From assembly GCA_964016885.1 (NCBI GenBank), contig CAXHJY010000857.1, forward strand, positions 1 to 48,665: 48,665 nucleotides of DNA, given 5' to 3'. The notes beneath the pieces were generated by a model. It was not told where the DNA came from and searched no databases. It saw only the letters and a program-made list of their open reading frames with translations. Shown one piece after another: positions 16,051-29,049 of this stretch. Both the position numbers and the translations under genes were made by a program. Position 1 is the stretch's first letter. The number at the start of each line of letters is the position of its first letter. The DNA is from Eledone cirrhosa. Taxonomy: Eukaryota.

Positions 16051-16249
16051 AGGGAAAGAGTCAGGACCCCGACGGCTGAGCTCCGGCCGTTTCGCCAGGT
16101 AGGTCTGAACTGTCGAAACGGCCAGAGCTCAGCCGTCGGGGGGGGGGGGGGGGGTCTTGACTCTTTTCTTATTATCCACTCTACTACCCTAAGTATTGAG
16201 TACTCTGGTGCGTTATGGTCCACCTGGTTCCTTACCACATTTCCTTCGT

Positions 16250-16250
<1 letters not shown>
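16051..16250 (+). mobile_element. Family C fold-back mini-element fused to a family A fragment
   Basis: Inverted repeat ~16052-16170 plus family tail; directly follows the family A tail TTACTTACTGTGGTT. Confidence 0.7.
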
Positions 16251-16289
<39 letters not shown>

Positions 16290-16720
16290 AATATATATAT
16301 ATATATGTATATACACACAGAGTGTCCCCCCCCCCCCCCCCAACATATATACACACTTTGATTACCTGTACAGGTAATATGTATTAGAAAGCACAGCCTT
16401 TCCCCCAAAACAAAACTATCTCCATACATAATTCAATTGCATGCAAATACACAAATATGTTTACATAATTTAAATAATTGTTTCTACTTTAGGCACAAGG
16501 CCAGCACATACCCAGTGTATTACTGGTACTTTATTTTATCGACCCCTGTAATGATGAAAGGCAAAGTTAAAGTCAACCTCGGTGGGATTATAATTTAAAT
16601 AATGTATACACTACTTCACTTTAATGCATTTTTAAAAAGATTTCGTTATATATACATTTTTCTGGGACACAATCTATATACATATACATGTATATATATA
16701 TCATGTTTAATATAGAAATG

Positions 16721-16768
16721 GCTTCTACAGGACTAGAACTGTTTCATTCAAAGGAAATCATCAGAAAA
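16721..16768 (-). ncRNA. Hammerhead ribozyme (family A), left arm of a divergent pair
   Basis: tttt-CTGATGA-tttc cttt gaat-GAAA-cag..ctg-TA-gaag. Confidence 0.7.
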
Positions 16769-16770
16769 GG

Positions 16771-16822
16771 AGCTTTCCTGAAGATTTACTTCAAATGAAA
16801 CAGTTGTAGTCCTGTAGAAGCT
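16771..16822 (+). ncRNA. Hammerhead ribozyme (family A), right arm of a divergent pair
   Basis: agctttc-CTGAAGA-tttacttcaaat-GAAA-cag..ctg-TA-gaagct; weak stem II. Confidence 0.65.
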
Positions 16823-16922
16823 TTTTCTATATTAAACATTATGTTTACACTCTGCTTATGTATTGAGTACCTTACTTACTGTGGTTTCCTCCGATTGAAC
16901 CTGGTATTTACACACACACACA

Positions 16923-16983
<61 letters not shown>

Positions 16984-17145
16984 AATGTATAATGTATGTA
17001 TCTATGAATCTTTACATATATGTATATGCATATATATGTATGTAGGTATATGTGTGCGTGTACACATATGTATATATGTTTGCTTATCTTCAGGTATATA
17101 TATATATATATATATATATACCTGAAGATAAGCAAACATATATAC

Positions 17146-17185
<40 letters not shown>

Positions 17186-17187
<2 letters not shown>

Positions 17188-17352
17188 GAGTTCGAATCCT
17201 GGACCCGTCGATGCGTTATGTCCTTGAGCAAGACACTTTATTTCACGTTGCTCCTTCTACCTGGAGTTGCGACCGATAGATAGTATTAGCAATTGGAAAG
17301 ACCAATGGAAACACTGTTTCCTCGGTCCGATTTGACGAAAGTCGATCGACTG

Positions 17353-17356
<4 letters not shown>
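17186..17356 (+). mobile_element. SINE family 2, 5'-truncated
   Basis: B box GAGTTCGAATCC then TGTCCTTGAGCAAGACACTTTA; matches 29788-30011. Confidence 0.75.
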
Positions 17357-17426
<70 letters not shown>

Positions 17427-17606
17427 TATATACATATACATATATGCACATATACCTCAACATCTGTTTGTATGTATATATATATATATGTATGTATATA
17501 CACATATATATGTATGTATATATATATATATATATATACATATATATGTATATGTGTGTGTAAACATCACTCCCCTACTCCTTCACATTTCTACACACAC
17601 ACATAT

Positions 17607-17655
<49 letters not shown>

Positions 17656-18303
17656 TATATATATATAGACACACACACATACACACACACATATATATAC
17701 ATACATACACACACATACACACACACACACACACACACATATACACGCATACACACAAACCCAACTCCAATCAGTCATTGTTTTAATACCGTTGTTGTTG
17801 TTGCTATTGTTGTTATTATATTTATTTTTCTTGCTGTTGTTGTATAACCCTAGGCTAGCCATAGTCAAGGAGGCTTATGATCAGATATCATTCCAGCTTT
17901 GAATATCTTGACTTTTTTGTGTGTGTTTTAGGGGTACTACACTATTCTATCTGTCCCCATCCCTGGAGGTATTTTGGCTGCTGTTTCTAGCAGGTCTGGT
18001 TACCTTACATGGTCCTTCATCCTTGGTTCATATAAACACATACATACATGTATACATACATAAATACATATATATATATATTGGTATATATATACATACT
18101 GACATATATATATACTGACATATATACATACATACACACATACATACATAAATACATACATACATGTATACATATATATACTGACGTATATACATACATA
18201 TATACATATATACATACATGCGTAAATACATGCGTAAATACATACATAAATATATACATATATACATACTGTCATATATACATTCATTCACACAGTCAAA
18301 CAT

Positions 18304-18334
<31 letters not shown>

Positions 18335-18371
18335 CACACACACATATACATGCATAAATACATATATATAT

Positions 18372-18974
18372 ATGGTGGCTGCCAACTCGTTTTCGAGTAC
18401 GGCCACTACTTTATATCCATGTAGGAGAACCCCTACCGATGCGCTGAACAAGTGTGACTTTTTAGTCCAGCCAGCGACTTGAAATCTCTGGTACAAACAC
18501 TACACTTGTGACAATTACTGACACATAGTGCTGGGCCCATGGTACCATGTGACAACAAGTGCAGAGAGATCTCCAGATATAAAGCAATGCCTGTGCCGTG
18601 AAGCTTTTATAGTGAGCAAAGGCACTGCACAAAGCCAGTCCCACTCTCTTAACCAAGATGATATTTACCAAAAAGAAGAACAAGTCAACATCATTGGATA
18701 CCATCAGGGTTGCAGGTGTTATATCAGAGTTTTCCTTCTCCTAGAATTCTGCCTTGACAAAGGCTAAGGGGTCATCTCATACATACACACACATATCTCA
18801 TACATACATACACACATACATAGACACATATATACATACATATATACTTACTCGCATATATAGATACACACATACATAGATACATACACATATACATACA
18901 TAAATACATACATATATATACATACTGACATATATATATATACATACATACATATATTTATATATACATATATC

Positions 18975-19017
<43 letters not shown>

Positions 19018-19179
19018 GGCGGTGCCCCAGCATGGAACAAGTAAAAGAGTAAAAATATACATTGATTGCGATTTGACTGCTATTTCTAGCTATTTCATTT
19101 ACCACATAGAGGTTGACATCGCTGGCTTACACACTCCAACACACAGACACACAAACACACACACACATATATATATACG

Positions 19180-19210
<31 letters not shown>

Positions 19211-19763
19211 GGTCGGGTCGTTGGCGACTAAACTGGCAACCCCACCAAGGTTTCTTGGTGAGGAGGGTGACTTTAGACATCCTGCAAGACTAAAAACAAA
19301 ACCTGTCAAAGGGCAAAGGAGCTCTTAAGAGTCAATGGCCATCCAAAATCACCGGGAGAGATGACCCCTTAGCCTTTGTCAAGGCAGAATTCTAGGAGAA
19401 GGAAAACTCTGATATAACACCTGCAACCCTGATGGTATCCAATGATGTTGACTTGTTCTTCTTTTTGGTAAATATCATCTTGGTTAAGAGAGTGGGACTG
19501 GCTTTGTGCAGTGCCTTTGCTCACTATAAAAGCTTCACGGCACAGGCATTGCTTTATATCTGGAGATCTCTCTGCACTTGTCGTCACATGGTACCATGGG
19601 CCCAGCACTATGTGTCAATAATTGTCACAAGTGTAGTGTTTGTACCAGAGTTTTCAAGTAGCTGGCTGGACTAAAAAGTCACACTCGTTCAGTGCATCGG
19701 TAGGGGTTCTCCTACATGGATATAAAGTAGTGGCCGTACTCGAAAACGTGTTGGCAGCCACCA
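18372..19763. repeat. Long inverted pair (~405-bp arms 18372-18779 and 19359-19763)
   Basis: Identical ORF translations on opposite strands (18528-18767 and 19369-19608). The right copy extends back to 19209 and contains CTAGGAGAAGGAAAACTCTGAT, reminiscent of RTE 5' UTRs (tentative). Confidence 0.85.
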
Positions 19764-20139
19764 TATCCATGTATATATATAGAAAAGGTGAAGTTGTGAA
19801 TAGCATGGAAAATATATTTTAGGGTCTGTTTTTCCTTTTTTCTCCTTTCTTTGATTTGTCAAAGTGACATTATTGAAAAAATGAGAGGGCCAATTCTTTA
19901 AAAAAAAAGAGTTTTATAACGTATATAAAGTATTATGTATGTGTATATACATATATGTGCGTGTGTATATATATGTGTGTGCGTATATATATACATATGT
20001 GTATGTATATATATATATATATATATATTTGTATGTATGTGTGTATATATATATATATATGTGTGTGTGTGTGCGTGCGTGTGTATATATGTGTGTGTGC
20101 GTATATATCTATATATATATATGTGTGTGTATGTGTGTG

Positions 20140-20209
<70 letters not shown>

Positions 20210-20310
20210 TATGTGTGTATATGTATATGTATGTATGTGTATGCGTGTGTATATATATATATGTATGTTTGTACATATATATATATATATATAACTTCTA
20301 TGGATAAGCA

Positions 20311-20545
20311 GGCACAAGGCCAGCAATTACCCCAGTGCATTACTGGTACTTTATTTTATCGACCCCGTAAGGATGAAAGGCAAAGTTAACCTCGGGGGGG
20401 GGATTTGAACTCATGGCCCTTTACAGTCTGAGTTCAAATCCCGCCGAGGTTAACTTTGCCTTTCATCCTAACGGGGTCGATAAAATAAAGTACCAGTAAC
20501 GTACTGGTGTAATTGCTGGTCTTGTGCCTAAAAGTGGAAACAATT
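20311..20545. mobile_element. Head-to-head inverted pair of truncated SINE family 1 copies
   Basis: Minus copy ~20311-20413 and plus copy ~20417-20545 meet near the B box. Confidence 0.75.
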
Positions 20546-20749
20546 ATATTTGACTGTGGGATTTCCGATCATAATGTCGTGGCTTCGATTCCCGGTCTGA
20601 TTGATCTATTATCTGGTTTTACTCTGTCACCTGACACTTGGGTACCAATTAGCTTAGTCCACTCTCTACTTGGTGGTGGTGGGTTTAGCCTTAACCTGTC
20701 ACCTAGTGTCTGACCCCTTCTATCTAGCCTTTGGGATGTCTTCAGTAGA

Positions 20750-21970
20750 GTCAATTTTGTACCGCTGTACTGGTAGACTTATTCTATCACCTGATTACCA
20801 GCCCTTGTCTTTTGTAGAATCCATTTTGTACCACTGTACTGGTAGACTTATTCTATCACCTGATTACCAGCCCCTTGTCTTTTGTAGAATCCATTTTGTA
20901 CCACTGTACTGGTAGACTTATTCTATCACCTGATTACCATCCCCTTGTCTTTTGTAGAATCCATTTTGTACCACTGTACTGGTAGACTTATTCTATCACC
21001 TGATTACCAACCCCTTGTCTTTTGTAGAATCCATTTTGTACCACTGTACTGGTAGACTTATTCTATCACCTGATTACCAGCCCCTTGTCTTTTGTAGAAT
21101 CCATTTTGTACCACTGTACTGGTAGACTTATTCTATCACCTGATTACCAGCCCCTTGTCTTTTGTAGAATCCATTTTGTACCACTGTACTGGTAGACTTA
21201 TTCTATCACCTGATTACCAGCCCCTTGTCTTTTGTAGAATCCATTTTGTACCACTGTACTGGTAGACTTATTCTATCACCTGATTACCAGCCCCTTGTCT
21301 TTTGTAGAATCCATTTGTACCACTGTACTGGTAGACTTATTCTATCACCTGATTACCAGCCCCTTGTCTTTTGTAGAATCCATTTTGTACCACTGTACCG
21401 GTAGACTTATTCTATCACCTGATTACCAGCCCCTTGTCTTTTGTAGAATCCATTTTGTACCACTGTACCGGTAGACTTATTCTATCACCTGATTACCAGC
21501 CCCTTGTCTTTTGTAGAATCCATTTTGTACCACTGTACTGGTAGACTTATTCTATCACCTGATTACCAGGCCCCTTGTCTTTTGTAGAATCCATTTGTAC
21601 CACTGTACTGGTAGACTTATTCTATCACCTGATTACCAGCCCCTTGTCTTTTGTAGAATCCATTTTGTACCACTGTACTGTAGACTTATTCTATCACCTG
21701 ATTACCAGCCCCTTGTCTTTTGTAGAATCCATTTTGTACCACTGTACTGGTAGACTTATTCTATCACCTGATTACCAACCCCTTGTCTTTTGTAGAATCC
21801 ATTTTGTACCACTGTACTGGTAGACTTATTCTATCACCTGATTACCAGCCCCTTGTCTTTTGTAGAATCCATTTTGTACCACTGTACTGGTAGACTTATT
21901 CTATCACCTGATAACCAGCCCCTTGTCTTTTGTAGAATCCATTTTGTACCACTGTACTGGTAGACTTAAT
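20750..21970. repeat. 70-bp minisatellite, ~17 near-identical copies
   Basis: CCATTTTGTA recurs at 20821, 20891, 20961, 21031 and onward; no spacers. Confidence 0.95.
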
Positions 21971-22773
21971 TTGTCACCTGGTGACTAACCACTTCTAACT
22001 GGATTTCGGGTTGTTTTTAGCAGAGTCTATTCTGTACCACTCTCTTAATAGACTTATTCTGCCACCTGGTTTAACACCACTACACGAACCTTGGGAATTC
22101 TTTAGCAGATATCACCACATTTCTTGGGCGGTATGTTTAATCTGCCACCAGGTTTAACACTAGAAACCTACTATTGTGTAGGTCTAGCTGAGAACCTTTT
22201 ATTTTGAAAAGGTAGACTTAATTTGTCCCTTAGTTTAATATCAGCGCTTGGCTCTAGGGTACCTTTAGCAGTCTACTCTGTTTTGGGGGTGATTGTCAAC
22301 ATCTGTCATCAGGTTTACCACTAGGAACTTACTATTGAGTAGGTTTAGCTGCGCACCTTTTGTTTTGAAAAGGTAAACTTAATCTGTCACTAAGTTTAAT
22401 ATCAGTGCCTGGGTCTAGGGTACCTTTAGCAGTCCACTATGTTTTGGGGGTGATTGTCAAGAGGTTTACCACTAGGAACTTACTATTGAGTAGGTTTAGC
22501 TGCGCACCTTTTGTTTTGAAAAGGTAGACTTAATCTGTCACTAAGTTTAATATCAGTGCCTGGGTCTAGGGTACCTTTAGCAGTCCACTATGTTTTGGGG
22601 GTGATTGTCATAACCTGTTACCTGGCTTAAAATCATTAAATTACTCTTGGGTAGGTTTAGCTGCGCACCTTTTGTTTTGAAAAGGTAGACTTAATCTGTT
22701 ACTTAGTTTAATATCAGCGCCTGGCTCTAGGATACCTTTAGCAGTCCACTATGTTTTGGGGTTGGTAGACTTA

Positions 22774-22943
22774 CCGTATTTCCCGGCGTCGAAGACGCTA
22801 CTTTTTCCTAAAATAAGTCTAAAAAAATCTAACATTTCTCCAGAAGGCCGAAGGTTGTTTATTATTTATTTTTTCAAATTTTTTGTTGTCAAAATTAGGG
22901 TGCGTTCTCGAGAACGAAGCGTCTTCGGCGCGGGGAAATACGG
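22774..22943. mobile_element. Tc1/mariner-superfamily (Tc2/pogo-like) MITE
   Basis: TA-CCGTATTTCCCGGCGTCGAAGACGC ... GCGTCTTCGGCGCGGGGAAATACGG-TA; removal restores the satellite sequence GGTAGACTTAATCTGTC. Confidence 0.85.
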
Positions 22944-23105
22944 TAATCTGTCCCTTGGTTTAATATCATCGCCTGTGTCTAGGGTTCCATTAGCAGTCTA
23001 CTCTGTTTTGGGGGGTGACTGTCATCTGTTATCAGGCTTACCACTAGAAACTTACTATTGGGTAGGTTGAGCTGAGCACCTTTTCTTTTGAAAAGGGAGG
23101 CTTAA

Positions 23106-23530
23106 CCCTTTAGTATTTAAACTGGCTATATCCGGCCAGAATTCTCTCACCTCTTTCTGTTCAAACCAACCGTAACTGGCCACTCATACTGATATTAAAG
23201 TATTGTTCCCAAAATAAATAATATCATAATCACGTAGATTCCATATTATGTGAGGTAAAGCCTTTACTGTGACAATACAATAGTATATATAGAGTAATGT
23301 AAATGTTATGTGAGATATTATGTAAGGTAAAGCCTTTACTGTGACAATACAATAGTATATATAGAGTAATGTAAATGTTATGTGGGATATTATGTGAGGT
23401 AAAGCCTTTACTGTGAAAATACAATAGTATATATAGAGTAATGTAAATGTTATGTGAGATATTATGTGAGGTAAAGCCTTTACTGTGAATATACAATAGT
23501 ATATATAGAGTAATGTAAAATGTTAAAGGG
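23106..23530. mobile_element. piggyBac-like MITE with four 72-bp internal repeats
   Basis: TTAA-CCCTTTA ... TAAAGGG-TTAA; removal restores the satellite sequence GCTTAATCTGTCAC. Confidence 0.8.
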
Positions 23531-23615
23531 TTAATCTGTCACTTAGTTTAATATCAGCGCCTGGGTTTCCTTTAGTAGTCCACTCTGTTTTGTGGGTAGT
23601 TGTCAGAATCTGTTA

Positions 23616-24445
23616 CTACTCATCACCATAGGTGCTGAGCTGGCTACCTTTAGGAGTGGAGACTTCTGGTGTCCTTGGCCCTAGGGCTACCTCCCTACTC
23701 ACCACAATAGGTGCTGAGCTGGCTACATGTAGCAGTGGAGACTTCTGGTGTCCTTGGCCCTAGGGCTACCTCCCTACTCACCACAATAGGTGCTGAGCTG
23801 GCTACCTGTAGCAGTGGAGACTTCTGGTGTCCTTGGCCCTAGGGCTACCTCCCTACTCACCACCATAGGTGCTGAGCTGGCTACCTGTAGGAGTGGAGAC
23901 TTCTGGTGTCCTTGGCCCTAGGGCTACCTCCCTACTCACCACAATAGGTGCAGAGCTGGCTACCTGTAGCAGTGGAGACTTATGGTGTCCTCGGCCCTAG
24001 GGCTACCTCCCTACTCACCACAATAGGTGCAGAGCTGGCTACCCCTAGCAGTGGAGACTTATGGTGTCCTCGGCCCTAGGGCTACCTCCCTACTCACCAC
24101 CATAGGTGCTGAGCTGGCTACCTGTAGCAGTGGAGACGTCTGGTGTCCTCGGCCCTAGGGCTACCTCCCTACTCAACACCATAGGTGCAGAGCTGGCTAC
24201 CTGTAGCAGTGGAGACTTCTGGTGTCCTCGGCCCTAGGGCTTCCTCCCTACTCACCACCATAGGTGCAGAGCTGGCTACCTGTAGCAGTGGAGACTTCTG
24301 GTGTCCTCGGCTCTAGGGCTACCTCCCTACTCACCACCATAGGTGCAGAGCTGGCCAGCCGCAGGTGTGAGCCTCGCGAGTTGGAATGGCTTTTCCAGCG
24401 CGTCTCCCTTGCCGTCCTCCGGGGAAACGCCTTCTCCATTCTGTC
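23616..24445 (+). mobile_element. 3' end of a CRE-like (restriction-like endonuclease) non-LTR element amplified into a 79-bp minisatellite
   Basis: PVAVETSGVLG..A..LL..IG..LA...EPRE..WLFQRVSLAVLRGNA matches the C-terminus of CRE-clade elements; ATAGGTG every 79 bp from 23628 to 24339. Confidence 0.8.
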
Positions 24446-24583
24446 ATTTTATCAGTTAACCTGCTATTTGTTTCAATATATCTATTTGAAGTTTAATGTC
24501 ACTAAATTTCTCTTGGGTATATGTAGTTGAGTCCATTCTGTTTTGGGGTGTTAGACTTGGGCATATGTAACAGAGCTATTCTG

Positions 24584-25320
24584 TTTCGATCACCAACAGC
24601 AGAGTTTAAAGAGCAAAGATCTAGTCCAGTCTATAGGTTGACATTATCAAGCCATAGTTTTGACTGCCGACCTCTGCTTCTCTTACCAGCCAACCTTCCT
24701 TCCAGGAATATATAATACCTTTCAATCACCAACAGCAGAGTTTAAAGAGCAAAGATCAAGTCCTGTCCATAGGTTGACATTATCAAGCCATAGTTTTGGC
24801 TGTCGGCCTCTGCTTCTCTTACCAGCAAACCTTCCTTCCAGGATTATATAATACCTTTCGATCACCAACAGCAGAGTTTAAAGTGCAAAGATCAAGTCCA
24901 GTCCATAGGTTGACATTATCAAGCCATGGTTTTGGCTGCCGGCCTCTGCTTCTCTTACCAGCCAACCTTCCTTCCAGGATTATATAATACCTTTCGATCA
25001 CCAACAGCAGAGTTTAAAGAGCAAATATCAAGTCCAGTCTATAGGTTGACATTATCAAGCCATGGTTTTGGCTGCTGGCCTCTGCTTCTCTTACCAGCCA
25101 AACTTCCTTCCAGACATAACCTACTCACACCAGGAGTTGATCTTTTTGTATGACCATATAGTTTGAGTACTCTTGACTTGACAATTGATGTAATTGGTCT
25201 AAGTCTGGTAATGTTGAGCAGCTCACTGATACAGATACGGTCGCTGAGCCGCTTGCCAGTCATAAGTCTCATGATGTGGTTCTGGAGTGTAGAGAGCTTC
25301 TGAAGTGACCTTGTCATCCA
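24584..25320 (-). mobile_element. RTE-like LINE 3' fragment with 136-bp terminal unit repeated ~4 times
   Basis: LKLYGHTKR...LEGSLAGKRSRGQQPKPWLDNV; unit starts at 24585, 24721, 24857, 24993. Confidence 0.8.
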
Positions 25321-25374
25321 ACTTGAAGGTTAAGATCTTCAATACTTACGTCTATCATTTGCTAAGAACACAGA

Positions 25375-25745
25375 GAAATGAGGAGGGCGAGAGAGATGGA
25401 GGCGACGACAGTGGGAGTTCGGCTCTTCTGTGTTCGGACCTGGTGTAGATGAGAGATGGCGAGGGCGAGAGTTCGGCTCTTCTGTGTTCGGACCTGGTGT
25501 AGATGAGAGATGGCGAGGGCGAGAGTTCGGCTCTTCTGTGTTCGAACCTAGTGTACATGGGAGATGGGGAGAGCGAGAGTTCGGCTCTTCTATGTTCGGA
25601 CCTAGTTTACACGAGAGATGGGGAGGGTGAGAGAGATAGAAGCGATGGCAGTGGGAGTTCGGCTCTTCTGTGTTCGGACCTGGTGTACATGAGAGATGGA
25701 GAGGGCGAGAGAGATGGAGGTGATGACAGTGGGAGTTCGGCTCGT
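25375..25745. repeat. Purine-rich minisatellite (54-75-bp units)
   Basis: GAGTTCGGCTCTTCTGTGTTCGGACC repeated ~6 times. Confidence 0.85.
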
Positions 25746-26213
25746 CTCTTCCGTATTCGGACACATTACACCTGTCATGTGGATTATATGATATTTTTCC
25801 ATATACCATGAGGTCCGTAGATCGAAACTCTCGCTCTGCTAATTAAAATGTTTGTTGGTCCTTTTCCTACCAGTTGTGTTATATAGATTGGACAGTGTTA
25901 ATTGGACAACAAGGCAAACTAGACAGCTACGAAGGGCACAGGTATCAGAGAGGTGCATTGTGACGCAAACTGGTGCATTACTGACCCTTAATGGGTCATA
26001 CGTTTTACAGGGCTGGTGCTAAGATGAATGCTAACTAAGCAGCTGCCGAGTTGGCAAGAATATTTTACTTATGTGTCTAATTTACATAAATATAATAATT
26101 TCATGTGATCTACAAATAAAGCAATTGACATCTTTGATATATAGCAATGTTATGTATATATATATATGAGATTGTTATTAATCTTTCTCTCTCGTCTCTC
26201 GTATATATATATG

Positions 26214-26257
<44 letters not shown>

Positions 26258-26258
<1 letters not shown>

Positions 26259-26945
26259 CTAGGGCGCTAAATACTCATTTATGCGTTGTAGAGCTAGCCT
26301 AGGGTGCTAAACACACTGCCATCCAATATAGAGCTAGCCTAAGGTGCTAAATACACTGCCATCCAATATAGAGCTAGCCTAGGGTGCTAAATACACTGAC
26401 ATCCAATATAGAGCTAGCCTAGGGTGCTAAATACACTGATATCCAATATAGAGCTAGCCTAGAGTGCTAAATACACTGACATCCAATATAGAGCTGGTCT
26501 AGGGTGCTAAATACACTGACATCCAATATAGAGCTAGCCTAGGGTGCTAAATACACTAACATCCAATATAGAGCTAGTCTAGGGTGCTAAATATACTGAC
26601 ATCCAATATAGAGCTAGTCTAGGGTGTTAAATACACTGACATCCAATATAGAGCTAATCTAGGGTGCTAAATACACTGACATCCAATATAGAGCTGGCCT
26701 AGGGTGCTAAATACACTGACATCCAATATAGAGCTAGTCTAGGGTGCTAAATACGCTGACATCCAATATAGAGCTAGCCTAGGGTGCTAAATACACTGAC
26801 ATCCAATATAGAGCTAGCCTAGGGTGCTAAATACACTGACATATGTTGTAGAGCTAGCCTAGGGGGCTAAATACTCAAATATGGGTTGTAGAACTAGTCT
26901 AAAATCCTAAATACTCTGGCAATTATTATAAAAGTAGCCTAGGGT
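26258..26945. repeat. 40-bp minisatellite, ~17 copies
   Basis: Unit AGGGTGCTAAATACACTGACATCCAATATAGAGCTAGCCT. Confidence 0.95.
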
Positions 26946-27878
26946 TTGAGGTGGTTACTGGCGTGCGTCAGGGTTGCTCGCTCTCTCCAATTCTCTTTGC
27001 CATAGCTATTGACTGGGTACTAAGAAGAGCGTCTAAAGACCAGGGTATATCTTGGGTGGGAGAGCAAAAGTTGTCTGACCTGGACTTTGCGGACGATATT
27101 GCTGCACTTGCAGAGAGCACAGCTGACCTGCAAATCATTATGAACAATATCAATGTCGAAGCAGGAAACTTAAGTCTCAATATCAGTGCCAAGAAGACCA
27201 AAAGCATGTTATCTGGGACACACCCATCACCAACTAGTGTCTTCATTGAACAGGGGGAGGTGGAGATAGTGGACAACTTCACCTACCTAGGAAGCTCCAT
27301 TACCAATGGGGGCACCATGGACAGTGAATTGCAATGTAGAATGGGAAAGGCTTCAGCAGCATTTAACCAGCTTGACAAGATCCTGAAGAGCAGGAAGTTC
27401 ACCCTCAAAACAAAGATGAGATTCTACAACAGCAACGTGCTGTCTACACTCTTGTACGGAAGTGAAACATGGCACCTTAAGACCAGCCAAGAGAAGAAGT
27501 TGGACGCATTCGATTCCAGGTGTCTGCGAAAGATCCTGGGGATTAAATGGAGTGACCATGTAACAAACCAGGAAGTCAGGAACCGCACCAACCAGCAGCT
27601 GGTCTCTTCTGCCATCTGCAAGCGACGCCTGGGCTGGTTTGGGCACGCTTTGAGACTTCCCCCGGAGAGACTGGGGAACCAAGTACTTAAATGGAACCCA
27701 CAGGGAGGCAGACGGAGAGGGCGACCCAATATGAACTGGCGCCAGACAGTTGAGAGGGACCTGCGAGCGACAAACAGACAATGGCGGGACGCTGTGCAAC
27801 TGGCTGCTGACCGAACGCGGTGGAACATTATGATTGCTTCATGCGTCGCAAGACGCGGGAGCTTCTGAGTCTGAGTCC
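26946..27878 (+). mobile_element. 5'-truncated RTE-clade LINE: reverse transcriptase and C-terminus, uninterrupted 305 codons
   Basis: GVRQGCSLSPILF, LDFADD catalytic motif, FTYLGS, LLYGSETW, WNPQGGRRRGRP; short (CTGAGT)n tail. Confidence 0.95.
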
Positions 27879-28002
27879 AGGGTGCAAAACATCCCGACAC
27901 ACATTGTAGCCAAGGATGCACATGATCCAAAATCAGGGGCGGTGGAAGCCTTTCTGAATGGGGGTGGGTGGGCAAATTTGGTCAATTTAGCTGTTATTAT
28001 CA

Positions 28003-28630
28003 AGGAGGTGGATTGGCAGTATCGGTAGAGGGTCGGACGCCATGCTTTGACGCATAGAGTTACGGCCCTTGCCATTCTGAGTTCAAATCCCGCCGAGGTT
28101 AACTTTGCCTTTCATCCTTACGGGGTCGATAAAATAAAGTACCAGTAATGCACTGGGTAATTGCTGGCCTTGTGCCAAAAGTAGAAATAATTATCAGATA
28201 TCAACCAAGATATATATCATACACTGTTCCCTTTCCTGACATTTGAACATTATTCTATGTACTATACATGCACCTTTCATGAGTTGTAGTGCACCTGAGC
28301 ACTGTACACAAAATCCCGCCGAGGTTGACTTTGCCTTTCATCCTTACGGGGTCGATAAAATAAAGTACCAGTAATGCACTGGTGTAATTGCTGGCCTTGT
28401 GCCTAAAGTAGAAACAATTATTATATAAACACTTTATTTTATCGACCCAATAAGGATGAAAGGCAAAGTTAACCTCGACGGGATTTGAACTCAGAATGGC
28501 AAGGGACGTAACTCTATGCGTCAAAGCATGGCGTCCGACCCTCTACCGATACTGCCAATCCAGCGCCCTAAAGTACCAGTAATACACTGGTTAATTGCTG
28601 GCCTTGTGCCAAAATGAGAAACAATTATTA
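28003..28630. mobile_element. Cluster of SINE family 1 copies
   Basis: Full plus copy 28003-28193, plus fragment 28311-28423, minus copy 28432-28565, plus tail fragment 28571-28630. Confidence 0.8.
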
Positions 28631-29049
28631 CTATATAAACAACTTCGATATGCGATAAACAGTTCCACCACAACTGAATATGTCCTGCATTATTTACGAC
28701 AGTAGGGTGCGATTCGAGAGTCATTTAGCTGCTATTTCTAATAAGTCTAGCCAACTCCTAGAGCAGACATTCTCAAATAGGAAGGACATGACACTCGGGG
28801 AAAGAGATTTCAGCCATTAAGGGATTTTGGAAGGAATTCAAACAGGGAAAGGCTAACGTATAATGTGTATATATCAAATGATATACATACACAGAGAATA
28901 TTGGGTCTATATATTTAGTGATATAGCTACACACACACACACATATATATATATAAATACACACATATATATATAAATACACACATACATAAATATATAG
29001 TCCCGCTCTCCCTCTCTCTTTATATATATATATATAGATTGACTTTGTT

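Larger units (their letters stand above)
21970..23600. repeat. Degenerate ~150-165-bp satellite related to the 70-mer
   Basis: TTTTGAAAAGGTAGACTTAATCTGTCAC recurs at ~22202, 22363, 22514, 22675 and 23086. Confidence 0.8.

Noticed and set aside
20750-21970. CRISPR-like regular repeats (also 26258-26945, 23616-24355)
   Set aside because: Head-to-tail units with no unique spacers, no cas genes, eukaryotic context.
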